DNA of 64,000 bases from NCBI GenBank assembly GCA_000934665.2, contig KZ538131.1:1-64000 (forward strand), read 5' to 3'. Source of the DNA: Catajapyx aquilonaris (taxonomy: Eukaryota). Position 1 is the stretch's first letter, and every line of letters starts with the position of its first letter. Below the pieces are notes generated by a model. That model ran no database searches. It was given only the letters and a program-made list of their open reading frames with translations, and was not told the DNA's origin. The translations under genes were made by a program, and so were the position numbers. Shown piece after piece: positions 25,779 through 36,932 of this stretch.

Positions 25779-27207
25779 GTAAAATTAATATTTTGTGTAT
25801 GTTTCATGTCAGGTACTTCATTATGAAGATGATATTTTTCAAATTTACAACTCACTGCATGTAAATCTGAGTCTGTTATTTTGCACTGAATGTTACACTT
25901 GGTAAATTTTGCGAAGCACTGCACGATTTACCTTCCCCACCAGCTTGAGAGACCAAGGGTACATTTCATCATAATCATACTGTTGGTGGTGGTGTTACTA
26001 TTATAATAATTTCACACCTCTTGATGTGGTTACTTTCAACCATGGATGTTTCTTTTGCCATAGGCAATGTTATACTGTTGAAACATGTAGGTTCCACCAC
26101 TGGTGACACCATCTCTCAACCAGTAGGTCTCGCTTGGGTAAAGCGAACAAGATGACTGAGTCACCAGAAACCACTTGTGCACAAGCTAGTTTCTTGTGTG
26201 GAAAGAGCAGGTCATCGACCCCTATCACCTTTACCCACCTCAGCATTACTAACCTTCTGCCCTCTGTGCAAGTATTACAGCTTCATAACTGATGGCCAGT
26301 GGATATTAATGTAAATGTAATTGACCATATTCGGGAATTATTTTCTGTATTGAAAAGGTTCACCTACTTTCTGGTGGTAAGGGTGCTGCGGCTGTGCTGC
26401 AGCATAGCAAGGTTATAAATTTGCCAATTTAATGTGAATGACAATAATTTTAAACAACATAATAATCAGACAATTGCAGGTGGAAACACCTGACTTCTGT
26501 TTTTAGTATGACCATTGTTCTCAGAAGCCAGTTAATGACACTGTCTCATAGGTCATCTATCTCATCATACTTCATTGCATTCATTATTTCACTGACATGA
26601 AGATAGAACAATAAACCTAGATAAGTGGAGGAAGTTCCTTCTTTTTATTGTCAGTTTCATTGTCAATTAATACTTCAAATGGACTGTCTCATATTGCAGC
26701 TGATAACTTGGCCATGCAGTAATTGCAGTCACAGCAGCAGCCATGTTTCATTTTAGATCAGTCTTCTTATGTCAGACATCAGGAAGTTTCGTGAAAGTAT
26801 GTGGCTTTTTAACAATGCAATGGTAACTGGCGATTGACAAAAACTTAAATATGTGGATAGAAAAATCTAAAAAATGAGGCATTTATTCCTGTTGATAGAA
26901 AGGCTTCAACCTCTGCTATGAACCCAGGCATTTCATATTTATAGGCAAGGAATATCATTTGTCTGGCATTCTCTTGAATAGAATGTTAGACACTAACTAC
27001 CCAGGGGAATGCACAAAATCATGGTTTTGGTATAGCCCACTTGCATGACTGTGTTTATGTGCATGAGTACTTGCACCTCCCATCCCAGTTACTCTTCCCT
27101 CATTGTTACCTACTGGTTACAGAAATATACAAAAGTGCAATTAAACTATACAAAGTATCCAGGAACCTCACAAGGTAGTGCTTTGATGAAGATGATGCGT
27201 TAAATAA

Positions 27208-27580
27208 TGTTGTGGCTAAAAAGTCGCGCATCAATGGGGAGGGTTATGATTTGCTTTGTGACAGTGTTTTGTCTTTCCACAGGTGAACCATGTTGACCAC
27301 TGATGAGCATGTGGAACTCGTTCTCGTCTGTGGACGCAATGGCTACACCCACTGTGGTCTTGAATCTGCTCATGGTGCTTTGCACTATGGGCTCTTTCTA
27401 CGGGTGCCTTCAATTAAAATCCTCCATGACGTCTCTGTGGGTGTAGGCTTCACGTCACAGAGGAGAATGAGTTCCAAACACTCATCAGTAGTCAACTAGG
27501 TTCACCTGCGGAAAGATAAAACACCATGACGAAGCGTATCACAGACCTCCCCATTGATGCGGGACTTTTTGGCCACCCTG
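27208..27580. mobile_element. Foldback derivative of a Tc1/mariner-superfamily transposon (5' end duplicated in inverted orientation)
   Basis: 27212-27352 is the degenerate reverse complement of 27436-27576 (~140-bp arms). The right end reads GGCCACCCTG (CAGGGTGGCC-type TIR). The left arm contains the start of a transposase-like N-terminus, MLTTDEHVELVLVCG, at 27290. Confidence 0.75.
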
Positions 27581-27732
27581 CATGTTACAAGGCTCCAATA
27601 TGTCTTTGGAAGACTGATGATAGCAGATGATAGTCTCTACTCCAAGGGGATACGCTGGTATGCCAGTGTACACTACGACTGGTATGCGCAAGTATGCCAG
27701 GTATATGATCAGGTTTTTGAAATTCAGACTTA

Positions 27733-27913
27733 AGGCTCATTAACACAGGCCGTCGACGGTTTTGGTTTTAGTTCTCGTCGACGCCGCAGACCAATCAGAG
27801 CGGGCCCTCACGGTAACCATGACGCGTTGTTTACGTGAGGGCCCGCTCTGATTGGTCCGCGGTGTCGACGAGAACTAAAACCAAAACCGTCGACGGCCTC
27901 TGTGAATGCGCCT
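27733..27913. mobile_element. PIF/Harbinger (Tourist-like) palindromic MITE with TTA TSD
   Basis: TTA at 27730-32 and 27914-16. Ends are AGGCTCATT.../...AATGCGCCT. The internal arms 27747-27812 and 27834-27899 are reverse complements with only 2 mismatches. Confidence 0.9.
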
Positions 27914-28294
27914 TTATGTCACCAATGTTATCATTGCTCAGCAAGTGGCAGTAACAATGGTAACTTCGGTGATGTCAATCCAAACTGGAACAAATTGGAA
28001 TACATAAGGTATGCTGCTATGCAGGTGTACACTAATAGACGAGTGAGTATCCCCTCACTCTGCTCTAATATGAATGTGCTTTGCAGTAGGACCTAGGATG
28101 CATGCAAGACCGAGGATCTACACGTGTTGTATCTTAGACATTACGGGATTTTTGGTTAACGTGTTGGAACCTTGTAACATGTCTCTCATCATACCTATCT
28201 GGCTGTAACAATGCCTGTGTTCTCTTGGAAAATTTCTATAGATTTTTGCAAGAATGTTGACTGTTGTAAACAAGACTTTATAGTGTTATTTAAA

Positions 28295-28550
28295 AAGGGC
28301 GACACGGTGGCGGAGTGGTTAGCGTCGCAGCCTTCCACCTCTAAGGTCCCGAGTTCGATCCCCGGATCGGACAGAGGATACTTATGTGGATAGAGTTTTG
28401 ATGGGTTCTCTCCGTGTTCTCGTGGGTTTTCTCGGGGTTCTCCCGTTTCCTCCCACTATCAAAATCCATCACAGCAAAGGCAATGATTAAAGACTGTTAA
28501 TTAAAAAGATGATCCCCTAAAAAGCCCAAGGAGGCTTATCACGGGGTATC

Positions 28551-28606
<56 letters not shown>
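28295..28606 (+). mobile_element. Full-length tRNA-derived SINE with a V-domain-like core and (TTA)n tail
   Basis: Pol III A box TGGCGGAGTGG (28308-28318) and B box GTTCGATCC (28353-28361). Core GTTCTCTCCGTGTTCTCGTGGGTTTTCTCGGGGTTCTCCCGTTTCCTCCCAC resembles the V-SINE conserved domain. Perfect 17-bp TSD TTATAGTGTTATTTAAA at 28278-28294 and 28607-28623. Confidence 0.92.
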
Positions 28607-28611
<5 letters not shown>

Positions 28612-28733
28612 GTGTTATTTAAATATTTGCATTCCCTATAATACTATGGCATGCATAAGAAACACTTATGTTAAGAGTAGAAATGTAGAAAAATACAATG
28701 AACGATTAAGACTCACTAACAACCTATCAAATT

Positions 28734-28874
28734 AGTGTCACCTGTACCTGTCAAAAATATCAAACATAATGAAATGAAATCATGCAACAATGCCATTAAT
28801 TAAGGCCACTTACACCTGTTTGGAAGGAACTGTGGCCTTGATGGCATTCATGGTTTATCAAGACAGGTGACACT
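28734..28874. repeat. Degenerate inverted-repeat element (old MITE)
   Basis: AGTGTCACCTGT ... ACAGGTGACACT termini, plus inner AATGCCAT..AAGGCCAC / GTGGCCTTGATGGCATT arms. Confidence 0.55.
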
Positions 28875-29160
28875 TCTTAGCAATGAATGGTATCATTCAA
28901 GTCGCGCGCGCACACACTACACAGACTTGCAGACACAATGCAAATACCACAATGAAACAAATGCCATAGATGCAATTGTGTCATAATACACTCACTGAAT
29001 GCAGTCTTTGTCAGAATACTAGTCAGCATTCTTTACCTTTATGAATGAAGTCAGTGTGGTGATGTGATATTTATTTCTTTATCAGTTTGGGCTTTTGCTC
29101 TATATGGGTGAATGGGCTTGTACAAAACCAATGGCTTTCTAGCCTTATAGTGTGTCCCTA

Positions 29161-29269
29161 GGCCAAGGTTTCAGCAGTTGTTTGGTCCTTACCATGGTAA
29201 CTTCCTTAACAAATCACAATTTTGGTAATTTACCTTGGTACAGGCCAGACAACCACTGAACGTTTGACC
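29161..29269. repeat. Degenerate hairpin/MITE remnant
   Basis: GGCCAAGGTTTCAGCAGTTGTTTGGTCCTTACCATGGTAACTTCC aligns with the reverse complement of GGTAATTTACCTTGGTACAGGCCAGACAACCACTGAACGTTTGACC. Confidence 0.6.
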
Positions 29270-32200
29270 CAGATGGGCCATATATTACTGTAGGTATGTG
29301 GTACAGTACAAATATGTGGCACTCTTAATTTCAGCTGCGTTTCTCATGCAGTGTATTACAGTCTCTGACACTGACAGTGAGCGAGGTTAAAAACTACATG
29401 GAAAAGTTAAATGTAGGCTTATGAAAACTTTTTCAAGTAAATAACGTATTTAATACATGGCTTTTCAATGTGCAAGAATATATTCAAATGAGAGTTTGGT
29501 GTCATGACCTGAGCCAAGGAATTATAATACAAGAATTTTAAGATCAAAATTTTAACTTATTTCTCTCCTCTTCTTTGTGCAGTTTTCAAATCTTGTTTAC
29601 AAGTTGGTCTATGTCTTTGGATTATTTTCTAAACGTTGCTTCTTGAGATGGAAATTGATAATTGGTTTACAAGTAAAATTATGGTCTTCCAGCCACTGTC
29701 GGTAATAATCGGTTCTGGGCCAGGCTCATTGTCACACTTTTACAATATAAAAAGACAAATTGGCAATAAATTTTAACTTAATATATAAATTATGTCTGAC
29801 ACAATTATAAGCTCATTCTGGGGGCGTGTGGCATGGTATTAATAGTGTTAGTACGAAAAGACGAGGCTGATTTTTAATTATTATTTTACACATGAACATT
29901 TTACAATATGTATTTTCTTGTGGGGCGGGGGGGGGGGGGNGGGGGGGCACACAAATTATAGGCAAACTTTCAACGGGAATATATTCGTTTTCATTCTACT
30001 TTTGGTTCCAACTTGTGTGGCAGGGAAGAGCTGGAGGTGCTTAATACTATGGTGTAGATTGTAGTACTTTATTGGCTCTTTTCTGTACTGCAACACTGTG
30101 CATTTTAGATCCTCTGAATGAGATAATTATATTATAAATTGTAAAGTGGCCAGCGACATAGATTAGCTCATTTCTTCCCCACTGGACATGGCACAAATTA
30201 CAAATGATCCTATACTCGGAGACCATGTGAATATTTCAAAACTGGTAGGCTTAGGCCCGTCCAGGGGCGTTTTGCAAAGGAATGATTTAAATTTCTGGAA
30301 TCAGCAACTGCTGCGCTTCCTGTCCCACTACGTGGAAATAATTTTTTTAAAGGGTAACCACAGGAATGCGGCAATAAAACAATCGCCGAAGTACTTCTAA
30401 GGTAATAAATTCACAATTAAAAGACCATTTCAGGCCTATGTTGAGAGTGGGATATCAGTAACTAATTTAGGTTTGAATAATAATAAATTTATAACCCCAC
30501 AATAATTTTCCTACCCTGATGAACCTGCTGCCTTTTCGATTGGGTCATTCAAATGTACTCCCGTTGTTCGTCTACTGTCGTCCTAGTTGCAAGGGAGCGT
30601 GTAGGGTTTGAGTGTCGAAGTATTCTTGGAAGAGCGCAAGCGATAGAAAAATCCGATGAGTGGATCCCAAGATACCAGTGTTTAATATATCATTCTGACT
30701 TACTGTCGCTTACTGTATTCATCTCTGGGCTCAAGGAGCTTGTTAACAACTAGCTAATACACACAGTTTGGTTAGGTGTCGTTATCATATATGCTATGGC
30801 GCTATGTTAGAGAAAATGTCTGAGAAATGCCTGACGAGTTGCATGGATACTAATTTTTATCACTGCCGAGGTATTCTTGATAGGGAAAATATTTTCAGGT
30901 TTGCAAAATAACACAGTAACGTCAGTAATGCTTGCACTGGGCTTGCTGACAGAGCAGGAGGGAATGGGATATTACAACCATAGTTAGAGGCCAACGACAA
31001 GGTGCCCTAAGTGCTAGCATTTTTGAAGTTTCGGATGGCATGTGATGAAATGGCAACAATCTGGGACATATTCGGTAAAGTGTAACCATATTTTACCTAA
31101 CTTGCTGCAATTTGGTCTTACTGTATATCAGACAGTTTCTAAAATAAATATTGAAACTCTGGCATCTTACTGTTGGCATCTTGCGATTTTGTGCTGGTGG
31201 AAATTGGTCTTTATATATATTACAGATGTAGAGGTAGGGCTCACAGCTTTTGTGCAGGACTTTTTAGGCGAACGTGATTTCTGGGAAGGTAATTGGAGCG
31301 CTGTGTATTTTCTTGTTGCAAGCAAGCAAAATCTCTGAGGCGCTTTTTTGGCGGTTTTCGCTCATATTCCAGACTTTTTAAGGAAAGGGGAATTATATGC
31401 TGTATAAGCAAATAATATGTAAAATAAATTTTCAGCCAATTTGTGTTAATTGTCAATGCAATAGTAGAATAATTGACCGGAAAATATGCAGTGGTGGCTT
31501 TAGCAAGATAGTCGGCTAACGCATTGAATTTTAAATATGGGAACGTGTTTAGGTATGAATATGAATTAATGATCACATCAAATAAGGTAGGACAATGACA
31601 AAAATTTATTTTATTTTATTATTGAATTGGACAGTTTCATATCCTGGCTCATAGTCCAAGGCAGGAACGATGTTCTACCGTATTTTTAAAACGTTGCCCA
31701 TGCAACTGAAGATTTGAGCTAGCCATATCTCCGGGCCAGTTGCATGGATAAAAGTTTACTTTGCGGAAATGAAAAGGTCAAACGGTACGCAACGTACGTT
31801 TCCTCGACTTTTATTGCTCTCGGATCATTTGTTTCCATTGTATGCCATTTGAAAGCAAGGTTCCCCAACTCCCTCTTTTTTGTGAGAGGACATTGATGAC
31901 AGGAACGATGTCAACTGGGACAAGATTACCTGACAGATCGAATTGGTGCAGTATATACATCCATGACACGAGCAACATAAATGTGGTCCAAAACCCAAAA
32001 GTGTGTTCACCGTCATATTTGGAAAGGCAGGCGTAGTGCTTTTTAAAATAAAAATTGTTCTATGAAATATCTGCTTTGGGGATTTAACATTTTGAGTTAA
32101 CTGGATATTATTTTAGATTTATGACATCTAATGGCTTATATACAATATATAAATTTCTTGATTTTTATGGAGGAATTAATGACGATATGCATCTCCCGCC

Positions 32201-33715
32201 TATATGAAAGTATAGTGACAGTTGAGTACTGTCCTGAAAAATGCAAGGCATTGTATCAAGTAATGAGTAACAACATGTAACACTTCAAAGGGTATTTGCT
32301 TGTACTGAATCTTAGACTCTGATATCAAATATCACCATCGATAATAGTATGCCCGTCACTTGCATAAGGTTGCCAAGTACGAGTTTTTAAATAGTGTAAA
32401 AATATTCTAATGGCAAACACATGCAGTATTATGTAATTTTTTGTCGTAACTCATGAGATGTGCGATGTTTGCTGGATAACTTGTTAGTCCTGCGGCCTTG
32501 TTGAGTCCATTCAGCTCCAGTTCACGTTACTCGTCTCAAATGAGAACTACGCCTGCACGAGATATATACGTATGAAACCCAATCCTCCTTGAAAGAATTC
32601 TTGACCAGGAAGAGTGGTACACGGTTACCTTATCAGCAACTCCTAACAGTAACATGGTGAACGAATCATAACTTCCGGTTGATTATCTAAAAATCCCATT
32701 TCAGATGAGTAATAGTCTGCACCGGACAACTGGGAATATTTGTCCTGTAAAAGCGATGCGTAGTGTTTAGTGTATCTAACTGACCCTGTGAATTAAGAAT
32801 CCACCTGCACTTCAGACTCGATTGCAGGTGACTAATTTTAATAACGAAATTCTGTAGTGAAAAGAAAGAAGTTCGACGAAATATGACGTGTTAATCCGTA
32901 TCCAGATTTTATGTGGCGATGTAGGAGTTATTCATTTATCAATGTAATCACGAGTTGAAGATTTAACAGCAATTAAAATGTGAAATTTAAAATAATGTTT
33001 TATGTTGCGGGTAACCCAGAAGGTTGCCACAACATAATTATGTGGCGCAAATTGGTTTCGTGTACACTGTACACTACCCAATAGACAGATTTTGCTCAAG
33101 GACATTGCTTCCGAATATGTTGTGACCGTGGTTGTGACCTTTCTAAGTAGAAAAGTGCATTGAATGCCAGAAAACGCCATTTTAATTTCGGTTTGGTATT
33201 AAATGCAACACGAATTAAAAGCCTTTCCGTCACCGCCAGGAGAGCTCCACACTCCACCGTGTCAGAGTGCAATTCATGCTTATTTGTGATTCCATTTAAA
33301 TGGCTTATAGTTGAAGGAGATTTAATTGCAGTCTCATCTCCAAATGACGCCTGTTTTTTAGCAATTCAGTCTAGAGTCAATGCGTTATTCGGTGGAAACG
33401 AGGTATTGTTTTGAATCGGCGCAAAAATGTAATGCCAGAAAGAGTATTGCAGCGTTTGTTGCAGTGCAGTCATCTCAAGTTTCTCTTATGCAGCTCAGGA
33501 AACTACTCGTAGGAACTTTTCTTCCCATTCAATTGGTGGATAGTTTGGATAAACTGGATCGCGAATGACAGAAGAACCTCTCGAAATATCTCAGGGAAAG
33601 TGGAGCGTTGGCGCATCGGATTGTCATGCACCTTTCGCATATTAGTATTGTGTTTGGCTCATTAGCATGAACGTTTTAGTTACGGTGCGCGTAATGATAT
33701 AGAAAAGGATAAGTA

Positions 33716-33781
33716 CTCTCTAAAAAAAATAGTTAAAAAAACTCAAGTTGGGTTCTTTTTAACTCTTATTTTTTTAGAGAG
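33716..33781. mobile_element. 66-bp palindromic mini-MITE with TA flanks
   Basis: TA-CTCTCTAAAAAAA..GTTAAAAA.AAC.CAA / TTGGGTTCTTTTTAAC..TTTTTTTAGAGAG-TA. Confidence 0.7.
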
Positions 33782-36774
33782 TACTGCCCAATCTCCGAGC
33801 TTGAGACATGTTTTTTAACAAATAGACCAAATAGGTAGTTTTAGAGTGGGAGGGCCTTTCGTATATACGCCAAGGATAATGAGGTAGTCACGTGCAGGTT
33901 TAATTACCTAGCACTTGTGTATTGGCATCATTTGTTTACAACTTGGTTTATTACCTACCAGATAGACTGCTAACTGCATGTGTTCAGTGCTTTTATATGC
34001 TTACGCTTCATGTGAGCTGCCTCGCCTGGCTCTTGTAATCACAGTTTAAAATAGGGTTTTTTTTTTAAAAAAAAAACATTTTTTTTTACTGCCGAGCACA
34101 CGAAGAGTGAAGGGTAGGTCAACGGTGCTTGGAGCTGACAAGTCAGTTTTGCATGTCTTTTGGGAGAAATCACAGGCTGACACTGTCGTGAAGCTGAAAC
34201 GGTGGGCATTCCAGCAACCTTGGCAGTTGCAATATGAATCTCCCATGTATTACTAGTGGCACCTGACTCCGCATGTAAAAAGATCGCTATTTTTCCAGAA
34301 GGATTAGAATGACTGGTGGCGTGACCTTACATTCTCGCTTAACATATTTTTTTAACGATATTCAAAATGACCATGGTAAGACACAATAATTTTTACAATT
34401 CGGAATGTCATTCAGTTACATTAAAGACTTGTACAGGATTCGTGGAGTAGGCCCAGCTACATTTTAATTTTGGTTTCGTTGAATATTTCATCGCAAGGCG
34501 TCAGGTTTCGAAATAAAGTTGTGCGAACCGCATCTTCTATGCATGGGTTTGTTCTGGGGACGTGACGATTCAGAGGACAGGGATACTTGTTCATAACGTG
34601 ATACGTCACATCTGGATTGCAGTACCTCACAGTAATTGGCGGGGGTGCATATAATAGATTATGCGGATTCTTATCAGTCATGCGTCAGGGGAAACGGAAC
34701 TTAGGACACCTTTCGCAGAAGAGTCGAGTAAAACAGTGCATTGAAAGTGACGAATCTTTGGCAGCTTCCCAGACAGGTCATTGCGTATGATGTGACCTTG
34801 CAGGCGCAGAGCAAAGTGGAACAAAACTGAGGCTGCAGTTTGATGAAAAGGTGATGTGTACGGTTGTTGCATTTCAGCATTTCCCGACCTCATTCTCCTC
34901 TAGACGAGAGCATTGCGGCTTTTTGTTGCAGGTGCAGGGCTGGATAAGGCGGAGCAGATGATATTGCAAACTACTTGCAGAAAATTGATCAGCACAGTAG
35001 CCTACTCTTTGAGCTAGATGTAATGTTGGCAATACCAATGTCAGAGCTATCAGCAGTTAAAATGCTCTCAGATCGTAATGGCCCATGGTAGTGCTATTTA
35101 ACACGGATTTGCAATGGACTGATGGCGAATCTGGTGCCAAGGGAGTGGAGGAAATGGGATTTCAGAATGGCAGACTCTTGATTTTTTCCCTAGTTGAACC
35201 GAGCTTGGAATAATCACACGTGAAGGCCGCACGAGGTCAAAGCTATTAATGGCCAAGGCAAGTTTTTTTTTTTTTTTTCGGTACTGTATTTGCAAAGAGG
35301 AGTAGTGGTAGTGGGCGCAATCCGGTTTCGGAGGGGTATTTTTCCGTTCTGACGATATGTAAACGGTGGTCTCTTGTCAAACCCCATTCCAACAGGTTTG
35401 CCTTTTTTGTAGACTAGAAACCACGTCACATATAGTCAATGGAGCGTGATAATATTTTATCATTAGAGTAGACTAGGATATTTTTACACACACATGCCAG
35501 TGATGGCTGGAAGCGAGTGATTTTTGAGCATATCGCAGCGTTCACAGTGTTTCTAGAGGACCTGAGGAAATAATGTACTGTACTATACTATATGGGGCTT
35601 CGGTCAATATGAAATGATAAAATTGTAGGGGTTGAATTTGATTGCAATAATTTTTTTCACATATCAAGAGGGAAATGCAGCCTGCAGAACCAGTGTGTAG
35701 TTTTTCCTGCACTTTCCTAATTTGAATTCGCTTTGCATTCGGCCTTTTCTAAGCAGCGTCAATCACACGTCAGAATACTGCTGGGCATGAGCCGGCACTC
35801 TATATAGAACTTTCTACACACGTGCATTCAGAAGCACCTTTATAATCCCAAAGGAAGTATTGTTTTTATGTTCCGGTACTTGTGACATGCTTGTTCATAT
35901 TCTTTCGCAGGTGCAAAGTTTGTTAGACTTGGATGCATATGTTCAAATCAGGCTGTGGCTCTAGAAGTTATGTTGTCTTTCCCACAGGGACGAAGAGCCT
36001 TCTCATTGTTTTGTGTTTCGACCTGTGGTTTCTAAGCCATGCCTAGTAGCTAGATTGTAGTACTAAACCACATAAAGACGTCCTTTTTTGAGGATTCCTA
36101 ATGGTACACGGCATTGTGCGTTTGGGAGTGGGAGTCGCAGTTATAGGGTGGGGAAGTCGAAGCCACATATCTGTGGGCTTGGGTGAAGCAACCCAACTAG
36201 CTGAGGCATTTGTACGTGACCTCACGTCATCGTGCTGAATTGCAGAAAGCATGCGAAAATGTCGCTTTTCCTTCCTGGAATGATACGCCCAATTGGATTA
36301 ATTTCAATCCAAGTGACATTATTGCAACGGCTGTCTCTTTTTAAGTCGTGACTGAAATATGACCTAATTATATGTGTGGTGCTGGGGAATTAACCACCTG
36401 GTCATTTGTCAAAGGCTGACGATCAGCGTGGTGGATTGCAAATGATCTTTTAATGACATATCCTGTAGCGTCTTAAACGTCGTACAATATCTTGACTTTG
36501 TGTGTTAATTTTGCCTGTACTGGCATTGCCCGAAAGAAATGTTAGTCCGCATTTGCTCCTCCACCGGAAAGTCTATTTTATTCACTGATATGCCAAGGAG
36601 TATTTAAAAAAACCCCAAATTGGTGTATCGTACTTTTCAGAAATGTAGAAAAAAGTCACCATTGTGGCTGTTTGAATCAAAATTTAATTTTAGGATATCG
36701 GATTATAAATACGTACATAAGTCATTTGTCATGGCCAGTTTTCCTCCTCGGTTACAAACTAAGTGCGATTACAT

Positions 36775-36932
36775 TTTCTCCGTGGTTTTAGGCGGACCAC
36801 AGCATTATCAATTCCGAGTTTGAGCCCCGTATCTGGCCGAGGAGTTTCTAGTGTGGGAAGGCCCACGGTATAGGTTTTTTCATGTTCGGTGGGTTTTCTC
36901 GGGGTTCTGCCGTTTTTCTATAGTCTCAAAAT
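36775..36932 (+). mobile_element. Decayed copy of the V-domain SINE family
   Basis: Degenerate B box GAGTTTGAGCC (~36816) and core GTGGGTTTTCTCGGGGTTCTGCCGTTT shared with the 28295 copy. Confidence 0.7.

Noticed and set aside
28297..28370. tRNA gene
   Set aside because: It has A and B boxes but continues into a SINE body, tail and TSD, with no proper acceptor stem or poly-T terminator.
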